In this document: in pieces, positions 40,229 through 48,400 of the stretch
How positions within the stretch are numbered: position 1 is the stretch's first letter
How the letters are laid out: every line of letters starts with the position of its first letter
Made by a program: the position numbers and the translations under genes
The notes under the pieces: model-generated
What the model was told of the DNA's origin: nothing
Seen by the model: the letters and a program-made list of their open reading frames with translations, nothing else
Database searches by the model: none
Assembly (NCBI GenBank): GCA_963816295.1
Contig: CAWFJS010000020.1
Coordinates: 3,646-67,645, forward strand
DNA from: an uncultured Alphaproteobacteria bacterium
Lineage (GTDB): Bacteria; Pseudomonadota; Alphaproteobacteria; Rhizobiales; Xanthobacteraceae
Length of the DNA stretch: 64,000 nt
Reading direction: 5' to 3'

Positions 40229-40441
40229 ATGGTGAGGGAGGAGGCAAGACGGACGTTACTTAGGGAATACGACAAGTGGGCTAAGGATCACCCTGACGAT
40301 GCCACCAAGAGAAGCGGCGTGGTCTTTTTCACGTATTTGCAACAGGAAAGAACGGACCTTCTCGATTTCCATGCTGTTGGCGGCGACAAGTGGGCAACCG
40401 TCCACGGCTGGCTTTATTACACAGGGCGCGTGAAGGATTAG
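40229..40441 (+). CDS. hypothetical small protein
   Basis: 70-aa ORF ..VVFFTYLQQERTDLLDFHAVGGDKWATVHGWL. Confidence 0.45.
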   Translation: MVREEARRTLLREYDKWAKDHPDDATKRSGVVFFTYLQQERTDLLDFHAVGGDKWATVHGWLYYTGRVKD

Positions 40442-40768
40442 GCGGAGTTGTGTTGACTGTCTCTCTGACAGACCAAGGCGGCGGGAAGCGGCGCTGAGGC
40501 ATCGGATCGCGGCCGGTGTTCAAAGGGCCGCTCGCCAAAGCAGGCCAACGATCAAAGCCCAAAGCCCGAACCAGACCAATGCGCTAAAGCCGAACATCGG
40601 CGAGAGGACAGCGAACATCCCAATCTTGCCCAACCGTCCCTCTTGGCTGTTGCAGTATTTGGCCAGCTCCCAGATCAGATATCCGGGAAACGTCAAAGTA
40701 ATTAGAAGCCCTCGCGGAACCTGTCGAATTGACCACAGCGGCGGGAGGCGGCGGGTGGGCTTGCTTTC

Positions 40769-40966
40769 TCAGAGCGTATGCGGTGGCCCGTCAAGTAGTT
40801 TGAGCTTAGCGGTCAATGTCGCGATACGCAGATCAGCTTCGGCGCGAGAGAGGTTCGGCTGAAAAGCCTCTAGCTCGTAAGCGGCTTCCGCCAACCGCCT
40901 GAGCGTTGCGGCCTGCTCGACTGTCATGTTGGCGATCAATGGAAGACCAATTTCTCTCGTATCCAC
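40769..40966 (-). CDS. DUF3072-like small protein
   Basis: ..MTVEQAATLRRLAEAAYELEAFQPNLSRAEADLRIATL. Confidence 0.5.
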   Translation of the reverse strand: MDTREIGLPLIANMTVEQAATLRRLAEAAYELEAFQPNLSRAEADLRIATLTAKLKLLDGPPHTL

Positions 40967-41088
40967 GGCGGCGGAAAGCGGCCAGTCGTCTCAAGCGCCG
41001 ACTTGCGGTCAGACGACTGCAACGTCAGCAGCCCCGGTATCTCCTCGATTGGCGCGGTAAACGTAAGCGGCATACTTCAAAAGGTCCT

Positions 41089-41328
41089 CTATTGCTTTCT
41101 CATCTGCGAAGCCAGCGCTCGCAGCGCTTTTTCCCCGGCGATGCGAGCCGCGAACTCAGTTTTAAATCCCGATCCATAAAGCCTGACACCCGTCGGTGGC
41201 CGCCGCTGGATTTGCCATTGCCAAAGGCGTCGCTGTCCTTTGCGAGTCACAACGACGAAATGGTCAGGCAATGGGTTGTGAATCGTCACAGGCGCGTTCC
41301 CCGCTGGCCCATAGCGAAGGCACCGCAA
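41089..41328 (-). CDS. hypothetical small protein
   Basis: 79-aa ORF ..RRLWQWQIQRRPPTGVRLYGSGFKTEFAARIAGEKAL; start uncertain. Confidence 0.4.
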   Translation of the reverse strand: MRCLRYGPAGNAPVTIHNPLPDHFVVVTRKGQRRLWQWQIQRRPPTGVRLYGSGFKTEFAARIAGEKALRALASQMRKQ

Positions 41329-41336
41329 CTTTATGG

Positions 41337-41500
41337 CTAGCTTTTGAGAAGATCGGGCAACTTCGCGATATTCACAGCAATCCTTCGCGCCTCATCCTTC
41401 CTGAGCAGCTTGGCGGCCGAGGCGTCGGCCCGGCCTCATCCTCGAAATAGACATAGGCAAGCGCCTGTCCGTTGTGATCGCGCACGGTCGCGGTCCGCAC
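41337..41500 (-). pseudogene. nearly complete copy of the LPELL small-ORF family (R7), one-base frameshift
   Basis: GTG-RTATVRDHNGQALAYVYFEDEAG, then shift, then DASAAKLLRKDEARRIAVNIAKLPDLLKS*; 164 nt, one short of a multiple of three. Confidence 0.7.
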
Positions 41501-41509
41501 CCGTGTTCC

Positions 41510-41917
41510 CTATCGAAAGAGTTCGGCAATGTTTCCAAACAGTGCCTTCAAACGATTTCGTATTTTAGTGAGAAGGTTGGCAGGAACTAAAGTCGCGTCG
41601 GCCAAGACATTTGTTTCCACAGAAAAGTGGGCCCCCACTGAGTAGGTGACGTTGAACGAAACCTCGCCCTCAAACACTTTCCCGGCAGGGATGCTGATGT
41701 CTACGGTAAATATTCGGCTATCCGGCGTCGGGCTCCTTTTCGTGTGGTGTCCGATGTAGCCATTGCGATTGCCCTTAAACGCACTTTCAACGCCGCTAGG
41801 TACTCCCTTGATGTCAATATCCAATTCCGGTTCCTTGCGTTTTGCCGGAGTGCCATCATCTATGCGCGCCTCAAAACGCGGTTTCCCGGTGCCTTGTCGC
41901 AGAACGAGCGAAAACAC
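41510..41917 (-). CDS. hypothetical protein, start uncertain
   Basis: 135-aa ORF from a GTG; the frame stays open upstream without a canonical start, so the gene may be 5'-truncated. Confidence 0.4.
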   Translation of the reverse strand: MFSLVLRQGTGKPRFEARIDDGTPAKRKEPELDIDIKGVPSGVESAFKGNRNGYIGHHTKRSPTPDSRIFTVDISIPAGKVFEGEVSFNVTYSVGAHFSVETNVLADATLVPANLLTKIRNRLKALFGNIAELFR

Positions 41918-42092
41918 TTTTAGGAGTCCGGTCTCACCACGCGCAAGGTTCTCATTGACAATCTCGTAATCAGAATCGAGATGGTGCTCTTGTATTTTGA
42001 GATTGCTGAGGTTTGATGTCTCGCCACGACCACGTGGCCAATTCTTGTCCGCCAGTTTACTCCTTGTGCTCTGCCTCGCAGGATCGATCCGC

Positions 42093-42203
42093 GACTTCGG
42101 CAGGTCTGTAATCGAGCGAATGATCCGAGAACAATTAAAGGGTGAAATGCACTTCGACTGGCGAGCGGAAGGTCTTGCGTGCCAAATTGTCCTTCAAACC
42201 TGA
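42093..42203 (+). pseudogene. 3' remnant of an HWE-type histidine kinase gene
   Basis: Encodes DFGRSVIERMIREQLKGEMHFDWRAEGLACQIVLQT*, like the last strands of HWE kinase ATPase domains (memory only). Confidence 0.4.
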
Positions 42204-42204
42204 T

Positions 42205-42254
42205 GGCGCGAAATACACCGCAATCTTTCGCGCCTCATCGCGGGTGAGCAACGG
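42205..42254 (-). repeat. LPELL-family fragment R8
   Basis: Minus strand encodes PLLTRDEARKIAVYFA. Confidence 0.65.
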
Positions 42255-42324
42255 CCTATTCGCCCGGTCGGAGGTAGAAAAAGATGGTGAATAACGAACC
42301 CAGCACTCTCCCTACGGAGTAGCT

Positions 42325-42399
42325 CCCCAGCTTCGCGATATTCGCCGCAACCCGCCGCGCCTCACCGCGGGTGAGTAGCTTGGCGGCCGATCGCCGGCC
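42325..42399 (-). repeat. LPELL-family fragment R9
   Basis: Minus strand encodes GRRSAAKLLTRGEARRVAANIAKL. Confidence 0.75.
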
Positions 42400-42801
42400 G
42401 CATCGCCTCGTTGGTTCAATCGTTGATCTGGACTGATGCCGGCTTATTCGCCGCAGCGGGTGCGGGCGCAATCTCCGCCGGCCTGAGTCTGGGCAGCGGC
42501 CTCGCTGCGCGCCAGCATCGTCAGAGCGAACGGCAGACCTTTGAAGGCCAATGAGCAACAACTACTGGAGTCTGCAACCAGCGCTAACTCATCATCGGCC
42601 GTCGATGCCCTGACATTGGCCATGGAGGCGATAGACGCCGCCGGCCTCTTTTTTCGAAATACCAACCGGGAAACGGAACGATTTTGGCGAGTGCGCGCGC
42701 CGACGAGGTGATCGAATGAGCGTGCTAATCTCGCTTGCTCAACACGATGCGGATGTCAGTTGGGCGTGTCACTTCATAACCCAAGTAACCTCGGGAGCTG
42801 G

Positions 42802-43308
42802 ATGAAAAACCGACCCAAACGCCGTCGTAAACCTCATCAAGGAGATTCTGGTCACGCCGAGCTTGCGCGGAGGCAGCACCAAGAACAGGTGCTCGACGAC
42901 GCGCTCAAGAACACTTTTCCAGCATCTGACCCAGTTTCAATCGTACAACCCGCCCCGCCGGCCGCCGACTTCGACAGCGTGAAGACCCCTACGGTACGCA
43001 GCATGGACGAGCGTGAAGCGTTTTGGGCGGCGGTTTACAAATTCAAGTCTCCCGAATGGAGTCCGGCTTTCCCCGATCAGCCTGCGTTGGAAGTAAAAGG
43101 CAAATATTTTACAATCCGCCAAGTCTGCGAACTTGTGAAAGACATTACGGATGAACTGCCATACTTAGTCGCCGGGGAGTTGGTGAAGGCCATGCAAGGC
43201 GATCGCAGACTGATTCAAGTGTTCGCGCCATCTCGCACATACGCGATCGGATCCCAACGTTTGTTGGAGCTATTGGAGAATCGTATGGCGCGGCAGCCGG
43301 ATAAGTAG
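42802..43308 (+). CDS. hypothetical protein
   Basis: MKNRPKRRRKPHQGD.. basic N-terminus, ..LDDALKNTFPASDPVSI.. Confidence 0.5.
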   Translation: MKNRPKRRRKPHQGDSGHAELARRQHQEQVLDDALKNTFPASDPVSIVQPAPPAADFDSVKTPTVRSMDEREAFWAAVYKFKSPEWSPAFPDQPALEVKGKYFTIRQVCELVKDITDELPYLVAGELVKAMQGDRRLIQVFAPSRTYAIGSQRLLELLENRMARQPDK

Positions 43309-43484
43309 GCGAAACTGGAAACCGCGCATTATTTGGAGTGCAAACCGACTGGGCGTCTACTGCTGACCAACCCCCATCCCAGCGTTCGTAATTTGGCCGC
43401 TGTACCGCCGTTATTGTGCCAACGCCTCTCAATTTCGCCACTCGGCAATGTATTGTACAGCGAATCGGGGTTGGGGGATCTGGA

Positions 43485-44399
43485 ATGCGAGCTTCGCATT
43501 TTGCCAACTTTGTTGTTGCCCTCACAACCTTTGTCGCAACCTACCAGCTTTTCAACGGCGAACAGCAACTTCCAACCCTGCCTGCAAACCAGCTTGAAAA
43601 CATTCAAGCATCCGTACTTACAAAGAAATCGGACCAACTCGCCCTCAAAGAAGAAGAAGAAGATCAAGAAGAAGTGGAAGATCAAGCGTTCAGCCCAAAG
43701 CTAGTACGGCTTGAGAAGTACGACTTACCGACTGACGATGACCTGAACTCGCCAAAACACCTTTCATACCTCGCCGATTATGTTTATTCCGAAGTTCCAC
43801 CCGACAAGAAACCAACCGATACCGTTCTCAATTCGCTAAAGGGCATTCCCGTCGGAGCGCCTATTGAGGAAATCAAACGAGCATCGGAGACCTTCGGTTT
43901 AGACTTCAATTTTATGAAGGCCGTTGCCAAAATCGAATCTGATTTTGATCCCAGGCAACGTACTGGGTCATATATCGGTCTATTCCAACTGAGCAAAGAC
44001 GAGTTCGCGAAGTATGGGTCCGGCGACATCCTTGATGCGCGCGACAACGCTGTTGCCGCCGCCTACAAGTTCGCTACTGAGGCTATACTGTTCGAACTGA
44101 ATACCCATAAAAAGGCAACTTTCAGCGACCTGTACCTGATCCATCAACAAGGAACGCGGGGCGCAGAGGAACACGTCAATCATCCAGATAGAATTGCTTG
44201 GAAATCAATGTGCGCCACCGACGAAGGCAAAGAGAAGGGCGAAAAGTGGTGCAAGCGAGCGATCTGGGAAAATACAGTTCCCGAAATCAAGCACGTTTGG
44301 AAGTCCGTCGATAATCTAACTTCGGGTGTCTTCGTGAAGATGTGGCAAGAGCGAGTTGATCGGTTTTATACCCGCTATTCCGAGGCGACGACGAAATAA
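43485..44399 (+). CDS. membrane-anchored lytic-transglycosylase-like (SLT/GH23-like) protein
   Basis: TM anchor FANFVVALTTFVATYQLF, acidic linker, then FMKAVAKIESDFDP..YIGLFQLS (catalytic E-S and GLxQ motifs); AT-richer region. Confidence 0.6.
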   Translation: MRASHFANFVVALTTFVATYQLFNGEQQLPTLPANQLENIQASVLTKKSDQLALKEEEEDQEEVEDQAFSPKLVRLEKYDLPTDDDLNSPKHLSYLADYVYSEVPPDKKPTDTVLNSLKGIPVGAPIEEIKRASETFGLDFNFMKAVAKIESDFDPRQRTGSYIGLFQLSKDEFAKYGSGDILDARDNAVAAAYKFATEAILFELNTHKKATFSDLYLIHQQGTRGAEEHVNHPDRIAWKSMCATDEGKEKGEKWCKRAIWENTVPEIKHVWKSVDNLTSGVFVKMWQERVDRFYTRYSEATTK

Positions 44400-44642
44400 A
44401 AAGAGCGACCCTGACGAATGTTCTTTGATCCATTAATTTGGGCATTTTCGCCGTCGGTGTGTCCGCCCGCCTTAATCATTGTGATGGGCCGGCAGCGCCT
44501 TGTTATCCCACCTTAGCTGCGTGATGATCTATTTGCGCCTAGTGCGGGGAAGGATGGCCTTAGGAGTAAGCGGCCCGCCGACTATGAGATAATGGAATGA
44601 GCGATTAGCAAACATTACAGTAAACGATCTAAGACCGCTTAA

Positions 44643-45254
44643 ATGCGCGCATGTTTGTTTGTCACGCTTTGCCTAGTTGCGCGCGGGCTGGCAGGTTGCA
44701 CGCTAGTAGCAACACAGCAGGCTGCGAAACAAGCGACTGACTGCCTGCAAGATGTTAGGTCATCGCCGGAAGGACAAATAATCTATGCGAAACTCTGGGC
44801 ATCCGACGCCACTGACACCGCAGCCAAACTAACTGATCCCGATCCACTAACACCGACCGAGCGAGATGCTCTCGTTCAGGTTCATAACAACATAATATCA
44901 TGCAGGCAGATGATCATTTCGGACGACAGCCGATCGGCTACATGGAAACTACCTTATTGGGTAGATTATTTTCGAAGAAGCGACGCCATCTTTAATAAAT
45001 TGGCAAGCGGCGAACTTCCGGTTGGCCTCGCGAACAAGTTAACTATCGAAAGCAACGGCAAGTTTCAGGCCGATGTTTCAAGGGGACACGCCGACGTCGT
45101 TCCTGTTGATGAAGCTCAGCAACAGCAGTCTGCTGAAGCGTTAATGCAGGCGAGCGCACAAATCACTGCATCTCAGCCCCAGTCACGACTGACCGCGACA
45201 AATTGCAGATGGGTTGCCAATACGCGCAGTTGCATAATCAGTGGCCAACACTGA
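44643..45254 (+). CDS. hypothetical lipoprotein
   Basis: MRACLFVTLCLVARGLAGC lipobox; AT-richer region. Confidence 0.6.
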   Translation: MRACLFVTLCLVARGLAGCTLVATQQAAKQATDCLQDVRSSPEGQIIYAKLWASDATDTAAKLTDPDPLTPTERDALVQVHNNIISCRQMIISDDSRSATWKLPYWVDYFRRSDAIFNKLASGELPVGLANKLTIESNGKFQADVSRGHADVVPVDEAQQQQSAEALMQASAQITASQPQSRLTATNCRWVANTRSCIISGQH

Positions 45255-45268
45255 CGCCAATAGCGACC

Positions 45269-45283
45269 GCGTCCGCTTTGGGC
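45269..45283 (+). repeat. left arm and half loop of a C-class REP unit, cut at the loop
   Basis: GCGTCCGCTTTGGGC followed directly by non-REP sequence leading to an IS30-like transposase start. Confidence 0.6.
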
Positions 45284-45342
45284 GGCGATTTCAACCGATC
45301 GACGCAACACCTTCTAATCTTGCCAGATGAGGAGGTGTGGTT

Positions 45343-45436
45343 ATGGAGGGGAATGCACGGACATGGTTCACGCCGAAGCAGAAGGCTGAGCTCTGGGAGC
45401 GCTGGAAGAGCGGTCATGTTGCGGCAGAGACGGGCG
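45343..45436 (+). pseudogene. 5' remnant of an IS30-family transposase gene
   Basis: GAGGAGG then ATG; MEGNARTWFTPKQKAELWERWKSG.. matches the HTH N-terminus of IS30-type transposases as I recall it; cut off by the 3' end of the next gene. Confidence 0.35.
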
Positions 45437-46426
45437 CTATTCGATCACCTCGTCGGCGACGCTGAGCAGTGAAGGCGGCATTTGGAGGCCGATCGCCCTT
45501 GCGGTCCTGAGGTTGATCACGAGATCGAATTTTGTCGTCTCTTGAACAGGGAGATCGCCCGGCTTCTCGCCCTTGAGAATGCGGTCAACATACGCGGCGC
45601 CGTGACGTACCTGTTCATCCAGATTGGATGCATACGACATAAGCCCACCACTTTTGACGAAACGGCTATCCCAATAAACCGCTGGGAGGCGATAGCGTGC
45701 GGCAAATTCGATAATCCGCTGGCGATGCGCCATTGTGAAAGAACTTGGCAGAACTATCACCCCGCCGTTCGAAGCTGTTTTGAGCGCATAGATGGCACCG
45801 GCGATCTCGTTATCGTCGCTGACCGCAGCTTCATTCACTTCAAGACCCGAGACTGAAGCAACCGATTTGATCAGGGGCAACCAGTTTCCAGGCGTGGTTT
45901 CGCGATCGAACATAAGTGCGACGTGGCGGAGACCTGGCGAAACATCCTCGAGCAACTGGAGCCACTTCGACCCGATGGAATATGCGAAAACCGTGAAGCC
46001 AGTGATGTTGCCGGCCGGATGCGCCAGGTTCGCAACAAAGCCTTGGCCTACCGGGGCGGTAACGCCTACGAAAACTACAGGGATGGTATCGGTGTTGGCT
46101 TGCACGGCCCGCAGTGCCGCCGAACTCATGACGAGGATGACTTCCGGCTTCAGGCGCACCAAGTCCGCGGCGGCGGAATGTAGCCGCTGCGCGTTCCGTC
46201 CGGCCGCACGGTATTCAAGATGGAAGTTCTGGCCTTCTTCCCAGCCCAAGCGCTGGAAATCTTGTCTAAAGGCGACGACATCGTCGCGCTCAATACCGTC
46301 CTGCTCAGTAAAAGGCGTCAGCACCCCGACCCGCCGAATGCGCTCCTGTTGTGCGCGCACGGCCGGCGGCCAAGTAGCCATGGCGGCGCCTGTGAGTGTG
46401 ATGAATTCGCGTCGACTTATAAGCAC
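45437..46426 (-). CDS. orphan ABC-type periplasmic substrate-binding protein (PF04392-like)
   Basis: ..SRREFITLTGAAMATWPPAVRAQQ..HPAGNITGF..GGLMSYASN..ILKGEKPGDLPVQETTKFDLVINLRTARAIGLQMP. Confidence 0.85.
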   Translation of the reverse strand: MLISRREFITLTGAAMATWPPAVRAQQERIRRVGVLTPFTEQDGIERDDVVAFRQDFQRLGWEEGQNFHLEYRAAGRNAQRLHSAAADLVRLKPEVILVMSSAALRAVQANTDTIPVVFVGVTAPVGQGFVANLAHPAGNITGFTVFAYSIGSKWLQLLEDVSPGLRHVALMFDRETTPGNWLPLIKSVASVSGLEVNEAAVSDDNEIAGAIYALKTASNGGVIVLPSSFTMAHRQRIIEFAARYRLPAVYWDSRFVKSGGLMSYASNLDEQVRHGAAYVDRILKGEKPGDLPVQETTKFDLVINLRTARAIGLQMPPSLLSVADEVIE

Positions 46427-46509
46427 CTACCATTCAACTGCGAGGCGTGTTGCCTCGCAGGCGGAGCTGTATTGGCAGCATCCGGCTTCTTCGATGGCAT
46501 TGACCTGGG

Positions 46510-46790
46510 TCAACGGCGGACACGGGAGTGCGCTACGTCCGCTGATGCGCGCCGTGTGGTGCCGTCAACTCAGATGCGGTGCATGATCACGGCCAGCCGA
46601 CGCGCCAGCGCCACGATCGCCTTTTTCTCTCCGCGATGCCTGGCGATCTTAATTGCCCAGGGCTTGAGCCAAGACGATTTCGCCGAATCGAACAACATGC
46701 TCTGGGCCGCTTCGTAGAGCATGATCCGCATGATCTCGTCGCCGCAGCGCGATATTCTACCGGGTGATCTCTCGCCCTGTGAGGGGCAAA
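46510..46790 (-). pseudogene. 3' remnant of an IS110-family transposase gene with a nonsense codon
   Basis: ..GRISRCGDEIMRIMLYEAAQSMLF..IKIARHRGEKKAIVALARRLAVIMHRI*VDGT.. (TGA where family members have W); 5' part absent. Confidence 0.6.
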
Positions 46791-46829
46791 GGCGCGGAAG
46801 TGGCTGCTCATGCAGGTTCACCAGGCGGT

Positions 46830-46843
46830 TTGATCTAAATCAA
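46830..46843. promoter_or_regulatory. FNR/FixK-type box TTGATCTAAATCAA
   Basis: Perfect half-sites, centred 64 nt upstream of ATG 46901; same 17-nt context as the box at 20094. Confidence 0.6.
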
Positions 46844-46900
46844 TGCGCTGATATTTGACATGAGTATTCATTAAAGCCAATGCGACGAGAGGAGGGTTAC

Positions 46901-47328
46901 ATGTCGACCCTACCCCGTGGCGGAATCTCCCAGTCGCCTATCCACGCCGTCCTGCAATGGATTTGGGATCAAAGCCGAAGCAATACTCTGGCCCAGTTGC
47001 AATCATGTGCCGAAAAGGAAGTTGAAAGCATAGCGAGGGATAACGGCATATCCGCTTCCGATTTCCGCGCGCTCGTGAGCCTTGGTCCGAATGCAAGTGA
47101 TCACGCCGAATGGCGTTACTGGACCTCGACCCAGTTGAGGTTTCCGAGATTGCACCTCAAACCCTCCGCGATCTGCAGCGAGTTTGCTCCTTCTGTCAGA
47201 GCCATAGGCGCTGTCGACGAGACCTTGGGCGCGACGCCGCTAAGCCAGAATGGAAGGATTATTGCCCAAACGTCGAAACATTGATGGCGCTCGACGCGAT
47301 GCCATGGACGTCGCGGCGTGAGTGGTAA
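46901..47328 (+). pseudogene. DUF6455-like small Cys-rich protein, one frameshift (or indel error)
   Basis: GAGGAGGG before the ATG; ORF 46880-47284 is good to ..ALVSLGPNASD, ORF 47110-47328 continues MALLDLDPVEVSEIAPQTLRDLQRVCSFCQSHRRCRRDL..; shift near 47090-47112. Confidence 0.5.
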
Positions 47329-47376
47329 CACATCGCAGTGCGCACCGAGGTTCCGACAAGGATAAGGAGGCGCGCC

Positions 47377-47874
47377 ATGACCATAAAACATCTTCTTGCG
47401 CAAAAGGGCCGGAGCCTTTGGACCATTGGTCCAGACGCCACAGTACTCGAAGCTGTGGCAAAAATGGCTGAAAAAAATATCGGCTCGCTGCCTGTGATGG
47501 ACGGTGAAAAATTGATCGGCATCATAACGGAGAGAGACTATGCGCGGAACGTCATACTCAAAGGCAAAACGTCCCCTACCACGCTGGTCAGCGATATCAT
47601 GCAGAGAAACGTAATCCATGTGAGGCCAGAACAATCGGTCGAGCTATGTATGGCCCTCATGACAGAGAAACGTGTGCGTCATCTGCCCGTACTCGAAGGC
47701 ACAAAACTGATCGGCATTGTCTCAATCGGTGATTTGCTCAAGTTTATAATTTCTAAAAAGGAATTCGATATCGATCAACTTGAACACTACGTTCAAGGGT
47801 ATAGCTGGCAAACCTCTTCGGAAGTGACGGAGTTATCGGTCGACCTGACTGCGCAGTTGGGGCCGTTCCGATAA
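47377..47874 (+). CDS. CBS-pair domain protein
   Basis: AAGGAGG before the ATG; NIGSLPVMDGEKLIGIITERD and RVRHLPVLEGTKLIGIVSIGD. Confidence 0.8.
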   Translation: MTIKHLLAQKGRSLWTIGPDATVLEAVAKMAEKNIGSLPVMDGEKLIGIITERDYARNVILKGKTSPTTLVSDIMQRNVIHVRPEQSVELCMALMTEKRVRHLPVLEGTKLIGIVSIGDLLKFIISKKEFDIDQLEHYVQGYSWQTSSEVTELSVDLTAQLGPFR

Positions 47875-48180
47875 TCCCGCTGTTTCTCAAGGGCCCCAAT
47901 CTTCCTCGGCCTCGCGTCAGGGCCGGCGTAACTCGCAGCTTAGCAATCAGCTTTTACTTCACAACCGGCGATTCCGACTTCCTGCTCATTTCAGAAGCTA
48001 ACGAGGCTGAGGCCATTATCGCCGCGCTGATGGCAGCGGCGGCGGCAGGCACGGTTTCCCATGTCAGTACTGCAAGGGCTTGGACTGGTCGAGAATTCAA
48101 GGCAGTCGCCGAAAAGGCTTCCAAAGTGGCGAAAGCGTACCGCCCTCCGGGCAAGAAATGATTGCGCCCCATCTGCGCGT

Positions 48181-48258
48181 TTAAGGCTTGCGTAATAGTT
48201 CCGGTAGCTTGGCGATATTCACCGCAGTCCGCCGCGCCTCCTCGCGCGTGAGCAGCTT
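48181..48258 (-). repeat. LPELL-family fragment R10 (3' part with stop)
   Basis: Minus strand encodes PKLLTREEARRTAVNIAKLPELLRKP*; its 5' side abuts a REP unit. Confidence 0.75.
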
Positions 48259-48264
48259 GGGACA

Positions 48265-48338
48265 ATGTCCGCTTTACCCCCGAAAGCGGACATTCCTCGG
48301 CGCTGTCTCGATGTCCGCTTTGGGCCAATAACGGACAT
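48265..48338 (+). repeat. REP/BIME-like array (B, C)
   Basis: 48265-48294 ATGTCCGCTTTACCCCCGAAAGCGGACATT; 48310-48338 GATGTCCGCTTTGGGCCAATAACGGACAT. Confidence 0.9.
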
Positions 48339-48400
48339 CGCGCGACTGCTTTCGGAGGCAGGGAATTGAGATACCTTATGTCTCGCCCGAGAGGCAGGCC

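Noticed and set aside
43600-43690. GAA-rich tract (gaagaagaagaagatcaagaagaag) as a microsatellite or contingency locus
   Set aside because: It is in frame within CDS 43485-44399 and encodes an acidic linker (EEEEDQEEVED). It is an imperfect repeat with no sign of phase-variable design.
47954-48172. 72-aa Ala-rich minus-strand ORF just downstream of LPELL fragment R10
   Set aside because: It has no ribosome-binding site and no recognisable family, and its Ala/Ser-rich composition is typical of chance ORFs in GC-rich DNA. It is left unannotated.
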